DNA of 64,000 bases from Iphione sp. A-MEVVRFRX5 (lineage: Eukaryota): the NCBI GenBank assembly GCA_976226885.1, contig OZ320321.1, forward strand, positions 51,832,001-51,896,000, written 5' to 3'. The position numbers were made by a program, and so were the translations under genes. The notes beneath the pieces are model-generated. The model was not told where the DNA came from and made no database searches. It saw nothing but the letters and a program-made list of their open reading frames with translations. Positions 34,648 to 43,151 of the stretch are shown piece after piece (position 1 is the stretch's first letter; each line of letters starts with the position of its first letter).

Positions 34648-36432
34648 CTATGTTGTAGTTGTGGTGGCACTGGTGGTCTCTGAGCTGAGGCCGGACTCAG
34701 TGTGTGTCGAAGTGGTGGTAATGGGAAGTTGAGTGCTAGGGTGTGTGTCAGTGTGGTCTTGCTGCCTGTCTGTCTGTGAGTGTGAATGTGACGGTTGTGT
34801 GAGACGGCGTCTTGGCTTGCGTACTGGACGCTTCTGTGCTGCGCTGTACTCCTGAAGTCCCCTCAGTTCACCCCTAACTTTGCATAGAATTTCACCCGAC
34901 CAGTTAGTACCAGTGAATGTTCTCTGACCAATCAGAGCAGACCGTAGGCTAGCTGCCGCACCCCACTCTGCGTCAAGCGACGCTTCAACTAATTTGTATT
35001 CACCCGTTGAGCCAAGTTTGGCTCTGAGAGACTCGTTTTGACTGAATTTTGAATGAGTCACAGCATGCATAACTGACTTTCTCTTCTCCTCTGTCAGAGC
35101 CGGTAGCCCCGTCAGGGGTTTTACTTTTCGCGCTATTTGAGTGGGGTCGTTAATCCCCATTATGTCATTGCATAGTGCAGTGTTGCCGACTTCCCCCGCC
35201 ATGATAGCGCTATGGGCTTGTATAGTCGAGTTGTATGTGATATTGTCGTGTGTGAATGTACACTTATATGTGTTTGAGAGCGGGTGGTTTTTCCCATAGA
35301 AAGCCCATGTGTCCTCGCTTAAGCGTTCAGACGCTTTCTCCAAACTGATGCCTGGGGGGAGTCTGTGTAGTGTTTTTGATGTGTATGCACTTCCATTAAT
35401 TATCACTTTATTACCCTCCAATTTGGTCTCATATTCCAAACTTTTCGCTAGGTGATATATGCTCCTAAGCTCCGCTCTGTTCAACTTTTCTGATGCAGCC
35501 AGATCATCGTTCACCCAAATACCGCGGAGTGTTTTGAGGTTTCCTCTCCCCATGAGAATTTGTTTGCGTGTTTGCGGTCTTGTGAAGCGTACTCTGATCT
35601 CTCTTACCCTCGTGTCAGTTTTCTGCCCTATTCGGTAGCAATTGTCTATATCTGAGAGACGGAAAGTTGGGTCAGCTTTTTGGAATATCTCTGTTAACCT
35701 ACTGGATAGGCGTTGATAGTTCTCCCCTCCCTCTTCTGGAAGTCCTGCCACTATGAGATTGTTTGCACGCGCGTCCCTCTTTAGAGTTTCTACCTGTTCG
35801 GATAGGTTGTTAATCTTGTTAATGAGGCTAGCTGGGACTTGCGATTCAGATTGTTTTGAATTTTCCAAAATGTCCACTCTCGCTTTGAGGGACGCATTCT
35901 CAGTCTCAAGGTTCAGTATTTTTTCCTTCTGATGCAACAGATTCGTTGTTACCTCACTTATCATGTCATTATTGCTTTTAATGCCCCTGTTGAAAGTGTC
36001 ATGTATTTTTCTGGTTTCGGAGATGTGTTCATTTAGAATGCCACTGAACTGCTCAAACATTGATTGCATATCTTTTTTGATGTCATTGAACATACCTTGA
36101 ACGAGAAGGGGGTTTGCAAGATCATGAGTAGTTGGTTGCTGACTAAGTTTTTGTAGTGACTTAAGCACATCGCTTCTATCAGGTGAGAAACACAGCGACG
36201 ACTCAGAGTGCGACAGAGTGTCGTCTCTGTTTTTTTTCAATTCAAGATTGCCATCAATTGGGCTTACCTCCTTTCTTTTTACTCCGCTGTCCCTTGGATA
36301 AGGGGTTACGTCCACACTTGAGCCGTCTTGGGGAATCTTTGGCTGTACAGGCGTGGATACTGTCGGGGAGCCTATAACCTCGTTTACATAGGCCGCTGCT
36401 GAGTCCAGTAGTATGTTGGCCGTTGAATCCAT
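34648..36432 (-). CDS. LINE ORF1 (594 aa): disordered N-terminus, coiled coil, L1/Tnp22-like RRM region, NADAR (YbiA-like) domain, basic and Thr-rich tail
   Basis: Heptad region at aa about 113-220. RANNLIVAGLPE...IDNCYRIG...REIRVRF...IWVNDDL is the typical L1-like ORF1 RRM/CTD. aa about 376-524 FYGKNHPLSN...VM...KFSQNESLRAKLGSTG..LVEASLDAEWG...GTNWSGEILCKVRGEL follows the NADAR consensus. Confidence 0.92.
   Translation of the reverse strand: MDSTANILLDSAAAYVNEVIGSPTVSTPVQPKIPQDGSSVDVTPYPRDSGVKRKEVSPIDGNLELKKNRDDTLSHSESSLCFSPDRSDVLKSLQKLSQQPTTHDLANPLLVQGMFNDIKKDMQSMFEQFSGILNEHISETRKIHDTFNRGIKSNNDMISEVTTNLLHQKEKILNLETENASLKARVDILENSKQSESQVPASLINKINNLSEQVETLKRDARANNLIVAGLPEEGGENYQRLSSRLTEIFQKADPTFRLSDIDNCYRIGQKTDTRVREIRVRFTRPQTRKQILMGRGNLKTLRGIWVNDDLAASEKLNRAELRSIYHLAKSLEYETKLEGNKVIINGSAYTSKTLHRLPPGISLEKASERLSEDTWAFYGKNHPLSNTYKCTFTHDNITYNSTIQAHSAIMAGEVGNTALCNDIMGINDPTQIARKVKPLTGLPALTEEKRKSVMHAVTHSKFSQNESLRAKLGSTGEYKLVEASLDAEWGAAASLRSALIGQRTFTGTNWSGEILCKVRGELRGLQEYSAAQKRPVRKPRRRLTQPSHSHSQTDRQQDHTDTHPSTQLPITTTSTHTESGLSSETTSATTTTT
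34861..35307 (-). other. NADAR/YbiA domain within ORF1
   Basis: Motif-by-motif match to E. coli YbiA as recalled: FY..FSNF, TSEHYFQAQK, VM..KFEQ..LR..L..T, LVE...D.YWG, G.N.LG..L..LR..L. Confidence 0.88.
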
Positions 36433-36699
36433 TGTCTCCTTGTGTACGAGACAAAATCCGAAGTCATCCGCTTCAAAATACAGATAATTGCCTTGCTTTT
36501 CCCTAAATTATACTTTTATATGCTATGAGCAGGTGTTACCTGATTGTATTTATGGTAGGTTGTGGCTGTTTTCGTATTAAACTGTGTGGAAGACCTATTG
36601 TTTGCTCCCCCGGCCGCGAAACACGTCCGCCTACGTTCGCGCCATGATCTTGATCACATGGTCTGTGCTAGCCATTGATTGTTCTAGGTGCTTCCAGAA

Positions 36700-36930
36700 T
36701 ACTTCACACCTCGCTCTTGTCCGACACTAGCCAAATGGACTCATCAAATGACATATGTCACCCATCGATTGTTCAAGGTTACATGATACCATATACATGT
36801 ACAGTGAAAGAATATTGGTTCCATCAAAAGTCAGGCGGTCACAGCGTACATGGACTGCCGGTTACATATTTATCGGTTTTAAGGGGGCCACGATATCCAT
36901 ATTTATGTATGTAGTCATGCAGCCTGACTG
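36700..36930 (-). pseudogene. nAChR-like N-terminal remnant immediately 5' of the LINE
   Basis: An acceptor ttcttcCAG near 36930 is followed by VRLHDYIHKYGYRGPL and DESIWL (compare RL..L..Y..RP and SELIWLPD). Weak. Confidence 0.35.
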
Positions 36931-37079
36931 GAAGAAATGGACAGGTTAACTAGGCCAATATATCCTAATGTTGACATACTCATTAAACAGTGACACATCA
37001 CTGAATTTCTATTGTTGATAGATTATCCATTTAATAATACTGTGATGGCACAATATTTATTCAGACTTAGGTAATCATG

Positions 37080-37880
37080 TTTGCTATCTGTTTTCCTCCT
37101 GCTTCCACACTAGGCAGCAGGCCGTCCATCTCGTAGTCTTCAATCTTTGGATAACTCTTGTGAAATAATCAGCAAGCAAATAACGCGCCATCAGGCAGCA
37201 CAGGCGCCCTGAGGCCCATGCCTTTGATCTTTGGCCAACATTACTGACAGTCACCGAAGGGTTGCCAGCCGACCGACTTTCCAAGCCGACGCTCAATTTA
37301 ACACCTCTGTAGTGCAGTGCATATTATGCTTTGTTCTGGTATTGGAAAAGCTACATCTGTGATGCACCGAAGTATCAGGAAACGACATTGTCACATTTCG
37401 AAAGTGTTCCCCCATCTCCTCCTTCCCAGCGCTCACTTATCGATTGTACAACAGATAGGAGTGTAATCGAAGGCACTTTGATGTAATGATACTTTCCATG
37501 TTAGAGATGTATAGATGAAAGGATATAATTAAGGGCCTCGGCAAGATGGAGCCAGGTTCACTGGCGGGCAGCCCAAACATGAATGACTGTGTACATTGTT
37601 GGTGGTAGTGGTGCCCATGCAGTGCGGCCGTGGGGCGCCTGAGGAAGACTCCCCTCCTCGTGTACTACTCACTGCTGGCAATGCCATCGGTATTTAGTCA
37701 GTTCAACCTGCAGTCGCACCTAAATAATCGAGACAGATAACCATATGCATTAAGTGTCCGCAGCCTGAGATCTAGGGAGAGACCTAGGAGGTTGGCGGGG
37801 ACACGCGGGCCGGGGCTGTGGCCTCCGTGGTAGCTGCGAGGCTTGTGTTTCATGCTTCCCAACCAGCATCGACCCCTGTA
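37080..37880 (-). pseudogene. nAChR-like remnants (loop-A/WNP region and an M4-like exon)
   Basis: KPRSYHGGHSPGPRVPANL (about 37855-37790; compare WNPSDYGGIESIRVPS). About 37200-37130: RLCCLMA / *WRVICLLII (compare EWKF...DRLCLMAF). Confidence 0.45.
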
Positions 37881-38703
37881 GACAGAGCCCTAAAGGAGTC
37901 ATCATTTAATTAGTATCGACTCTGAAAGGCATTACTGTTACGAGACGAATTTTATGTAAACGATTTTACCGTGGCTGGAATGACTGTTGCGTTAGACTAA
38001 TTCTGAATATTTCACAGAAGGAGAATAGCTCTGTTTCACAATTCGGTTAATGATAATATGTGCTCAATCTGGGCCACTTAGGGAAACAATAACTAAGTGC
38101 AATGCAATGAACGTTGACATACAGATTTTGCAGGGCAATAATTGTGGTGGAAATGACGAGTCCGCTTTCCGAGTGAAATCTGCCTTTGTCTGACTAAGTC
38201 TAGTGTTAAACTGTTTTTATCGTGGACGAATGGACGATCATTTCATCAGATTGATTTTCGGACCTAGAAATGCCTCGGTAGTCGGAATAAATAAAGCCAT
38301 TGTGCACAGGCGGTCTTGTTAGGAACGCTCATAAATATGCGCACATTTGTCAACCATCAGGAGATACCCAGGGCCCTTTTGTTGTGTTCCTTCCTACCCA
38401 ATAAGAGCCAATGCGAAATGCTAGTCTTGCAATGTAGTTGTCATGGAAACCGGGCAAAAGCGATGACATTTTGTGTCGATTCTGGAAAAGATTATCGCAG
38501 ATGCAGCAAATGGTTAATGGCAGATGTATTGCAAGTCAATGATTTGATTTAGAATCCGCTTGTGTATGAGCTGCTGATGTTAAAGGATATACCACAAAAA
38601 ATTACCAGAAAGGAAATTTACACAAACAGAAAAGAAATTACACACAAAATCCGACATCGTTAACATAAAAATGCTTGAAATTTAACTCAAACTCTTTTGC
38701 AGA

Positions 38704-38760
38704 ACACCCTGAAGAAGGCAAACTGAAGCCGAAACGTTGGGAATTGCATTAAAGCCTACT
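38704..38760 (+). other. Penelope-type terminal-repeat / minimal hammerhead ribozyme remnant
   Basis: CUGAAGA (38709-38715), a GGC..GCC stem II, and GAAAC followed by the palindromic AACGUU, then ATTAAA. This resembles hammerheads in Penelope pseudo-LTRs. Stem I is only 2 bp, so it is probably degenerate. Confidence 0.45.
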
Positions 38761-39023
38761 AAAACGATAACTCCTGTGTTTTGTTGTGTGTTCAACTATA
38801 GTTACTACTTTTGAAATATATTCAGTGCTGACAGTTACATAGTGTCACGTACGAGCAGCTGATACACCCTGACTAACAGGTCAGAAGGGTAGAGATGTAC
38901 AAATCAACTCCAACCCACTAAAATCTGGGTCACTCCACTGCAGGACCTCTGCTGGGTGTAACTCTCTCTCCAAGTGCAAAGAGAGAATGTCTGTTTATTC
39001 AGAAAATTGTGCCCTTTTATATG

Positions 39024-39132
39024 CATACAGTACCCTAGTGGCTTGCTCAATACCATGATGTCACATTAGACTGTATATACATACAGAGCCCTAGTGGCTT
39101 GCACAATACCATGATATTGCATTAGACTGTCA
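39024..39132. repeat. Two-copy 56-bp tandem duplication
   Basis: catacagtaccctagtggcttgctcaataccatgatgtcacattagactgt is repeated with a few substitutions at 39080. Confidence 0.85.
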
Positions 39133-41249
39133 AATATTTCACAATACCTTCTGTGAGTGCATCAATGCACGCCATCTCTCTTCGATGGGGTGCATTAGTA
39201 CACAGGTATCCTCAATGGATTCATATACAACAGACACGCAACAAGAATCTTTTTTATTTTACATAGACCATGATATTTAACAACGGATGCGTTTCTAATA
39301 CTGATAACCGGGATGGTAGGTGTAATCAGCAGTATGAAAACAAACCGGGTTTCTGATAGATTCTAAGCCATGTTCTCAGTAGTACACAATGGTCGGAGGT
39401 TTCGGACTAACCAAGAACACTCCTGGGTACGGGAGTGTATCCGTGGCATATGTATCACGTCGATTCATCAGCTCTAGGCACTGTCATGGTGGATACCACA
39501 AGCTGAGTGCCACTATATATACTGCTACTATTTCCATAGTGATATAGCCTCATATCTACTTCAACATGTACATGCATTAATGATATGTAAGCAGATCAAG
39601 GTTTGGGACTCCCATATTAAAGCGACGATGCAACGTTTGGTCGCCTCGCAGAGGGAGAGTGCGGCAGTGCCTCCTAATGGCAGCCTCTTAAAGTACATGT
39701 ACCTGTTGATTCTCCGTTTTACGTTATTAGCTTTCGTACAATAGACGTCTTCGGTTACCGGAAAAAATCTTCCCTAAGAGCTGGCACAATGGGTCCATAA
39801 ATGCCCTTCCCTACCTAAAGAAGCCGGAGAATAGTCTGAACAGAGGATGCCCGCCAGAAAGAAAGTAAAAGGTTTCGCATTCACAAGCAAATGGAGCGAC
39901 TAGTATAGAAAATCTCCCTTTCGTAAAGTAGGGAATAGGCTCTGGTTTAGTGTTCACTTATAGGAGGAGCAGTTGATAACCATTTTCCTTTACGCCCTAA
40001 CATCGCGAGTTGTATATCTGTTATGCTGTAACGCTGTCAGTGTGAATAGCGATGACAGGTAAAGGCCAGTGTCAACTGAGTGTATGAACACCGTTTATCC
40101 AGGCAGGTTAACTGTAGTAGCCTGGTCCCTCCCGCAAATAATTGCATTTCCTGAGAAGAGGCATTCTGTTCTGGCTGCCTCGTGTGCGGTAAAGGCTCAT
40201 CCATTGACCCTGACATTTCACATGACGGTTCCCTTTAGGGCCTCGCTCGCTAAGCACCGTAATGGCACCATGTCACGGGATCCTTGGGAGAATGCTAACA
40301 GTATTATGGGTCTCGGGAAGTGTTAGTGATGTGTCAACAGATCATCTGTTGCTCACAGACCTTCACTTGATATCTAGAAGTGAGTGGACTAATAATGCAA
40401 ACGTGACCCTCACCTGTTATCATTAAGAGTTTGTTCATTCTCTGCTCTCTTCGTATCAAGAACGTCGAACGTTATATTGACATTATGAGACGTTCCCCTC
40501 CTCCCCAGCTCCTCTCATTGACCCGGGACCCGTTTTCACGTAGATCTACAGTGGCAGCCCCTGCCTTCAGTCAGTTTCTTGCTGCTACATATTCTAGTTT
40601 CGCAAGCCAGAGTTTGGAGCAAAGTAATTTAATTGGACTTCAGAGCTTATTACGATTAGAGCTAAGTCTAAACCTATCGTCAGCAATGAAGGTTAGTTAT
40701 CACTTGGCACTTTTAAGTACAATAGGTGACTAATTTAAACACATAATTTCTTATCTCAACTCATAAAGAGGAGAAGAGCTGTCAGCTAATCCTGAAGTAA
40801 TTTGAACCTTCTAGTGTCGTAAAGGATATTCATCAAACCTTAGAGATATGCAACTAGTTATATATATTCTTTCAATAAACTGAGGTTCAGTGACAGCTAC
40901 AGCTACATCAGGACAAACTAGTAGTGAGCAGCGTTAGTTTGTAAATGGATCCCTCTGAAAAAGGGCTCTAGATATTAAATTATCAGTTCAACCATAGGTT
41001 ACTTCCAACTGTCTTAACGGCTGGGCAGACTGACATATGCTTACTATATCCAAGTAATTTGTTTCCCACATGGAGTCTTGATTTTGCTGAGTCGACTATA
41101 TATATGTAAATACAGCATGCCTGATCCTACAGTTTATTTCGCCTGCTTATGTCAGATGATTTCATTTGCTTTCAAATGATCCTGCGATTTGTCTCTTTTA
41201 CGATGGGTTCTCCTTTGTTTTAGAAGTTACATTTCATGTCATCTCATGC

Positions 41250-43151
41250 GTTTCGAATTTTTATGAAGGGTTTTCCTTCCCCCGTTTTACTCAACATAAT
41301 GTGCATGTTAAGTCGTATTCTGTTTCCTGTATACAGAACTTGGTGATGTTGGCTAGAAAATATTCCAGAGAATGATTAGAAATATTGCAGATATCAGTAT
41401 CCCGAGCGTACCGCAACAATCTCTAAGAGGTAGAAGTCTTTTTAAGTAGCATATCATATGGAGAACTTCCCATGTTACATGGGCTGTCGGAAATAATAGA
41501 CTCCTACGGCAGTGACTGTTAAAGAGATACTTCTCTAGTTACCTCGTTTACTTTGCAGTTATCAGATTACTACAGAAGTGAGGTAGCTGAGGAAGTATAT
41601 GTAACACTGTGTATTTCACCTGAAATTTGTTTTTGTCGAATATGTCCAATCCGTACACTGTAAAGGCCACCGAGTATCACCCGTATACTGTGTACAATTG
41701 TATGCCGAAAGTAGACAAGGCAAAACTCATATTATGGCGAAATAAAAGTTCTGTTATACATATTCATGTATATTTTAAGAGGTATATGGTAGGGGTCGAA
41801 GTAATATTCGCCGCATTTTAGGCTCTCTGGCACTGAGGTTCTCCGTACAAGTCCCATGGGTTTAAAGGCACGGATCGTCACCATTCCCGATGATATAGCT
41901 TGTGTTCACGATGTCAGCCCAGGCACGCACAGCCGTCCGTTCTGAGGAAGGCCGGTTCAGTGCGACGCTCATTCCCTTAATGGTTGTGTCTCAAGGGCAG
42001 TGGCCTAAACACTCATCCAGGGGCCCGACAGGGCATGTGCGCACGTACAGTTGATCGCTTGATGGATGCACCTCACTCATACAAATACATAAAATATGTG
42101 CACGAATTCGCTCTCGTATACACAGAGAGCATTTTCTACCCGCGGCTGTTGCAAAGAGGGCTGTTATGAGTGATGACACCCAGAGCATTGTCAAACGCGC
42201 ATGTACGTGTATTTTGGTTTGCAGTCACGAAGCTGACCTCCGCATGTATTAATAAGATCGTCGGACTCAACCTACTAGCATTCTTCTGTTACATGGTGGA
42301 TAATGTACAAAGACCCACAATTAGCGGCTATAATGTACAAGGTCCTCAGATTACTAATGCGACAGTTCTCATAATACCTGCCGCCCTTGTTGTTCTTTGC
42401 CCTTGCAGGTCATGTGTTATCTGAATGCATATACATGTATGTGTCTGTAATGCTCCATTTTCTATGTTGCCATTCCTCCGTGTCGCTCATTGTATTCCGT
42501 TCTGTCTGCTTTGTTTCTCTGATGTGTCAGTCATTACTGTGTCGTCTATGCCATTAAAACCACATCAGGATTACGCAATTAGCAAACGTATATATTTACA
42601 TATGTATTTATCTATAGACGGATGGTGGTTAAATATTAGTTATAGGGGGTGGGAATCGCTATGTGGCCGCCGATTGCATTGGAACACATACATGTTTTAT
42701 CTAACTATGCTGTTAATTTCTAAGTTCAGTGGGCTTTCACGAGAAACAAATTCCCATATTAATGTGGCGTAGTACTTCATCTATAAAGGCACGTATGTTT
42801 TTTCCTTCTGCTTCTCCTATAAATGCCATGACCCTCATTTTCCTTAATGGTTAATGATAGCGACAAAGGTTAGGCACAGCGTTACGGAGAGCTGTTAGTG
42901 GTGTCTACACCATGTACGTATCAGACGATGTTGGCCGTTACTGTTGGTCGTTACTCTAAAGGTGTCACTTACGTTTGAGTCCGCATAGTCTGCATACAAC
43001 TACTTGTGATCGATTTAAGCTCAATAATGAGCATTATGCCATATAATGCATGTATTATGTAATGCATCGGGGTGCTGTCATAATGGACCGAGGTATGCCG
43101 ATCACGAATATGTCCATTCTTATCGTCGACATGAGTGTAGTTGGCCGTCAA
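41250..43151 (-). pseudogene. nAChR-like remnants (signal peptide/N-terminus, VDEKN segment, pre-M1)
   Basis: THVDDKNGHI...SITSSC (ORF 42969-43151; compare IDVDEKNQ and KSSC). Signal-peptide-like MTMLWVSSLITALFATAAG...HPSSDQLYV (ORF 41991-42194). The exon from 41619 reads VKYTVLHILPQLPHFCSNLI (compare ITYxFxIRRLPLFYTINLI). Confidence 0.55.

Larger units (their letters stand above)
30422..36660 (-). mobile_element. Full-length three-ORF non-LTR retrotransposon, CR1/L2 group (Crack/Daphne-like), about 6.2 kb, apparently young
   Basis: Three uninterrupted ORFs on the minus strand. The 3' UTR of about 240 nt ends tctgAATAAA, merging into A24 (T run 30422-30445). The GC-rich 5' end begins near gtgatcaagatcatggcgcg (about 36657). 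No target-site duplication was found, so the 5' boundary is plus or minus 20 nt. Confidence 0.93.
38150..40730 (-). pseudogene. nAChR-like remnants (post-Cys-loop, beta10, M2-M3)
   Basis: N*LKAG..TVDL and TFLIRR (about 40590-40450), LPYPGV (about 39435), VFILLITPTIPVIS (about 39345-39305; compare VFLLLITEIIPSTS) and FPESTQNVI (about 38490). Confidence 0.5.

Noticed and set aside
31154-36454. Small ORFs antisense to or overlapping the LINE ORFs (e.g. 31154-31381, 32159-32341, 33287-33472, 33806-34027, 36183-36377)
   Set aside because: They are short shadow ORFs of long coding frames with no independent motifs.
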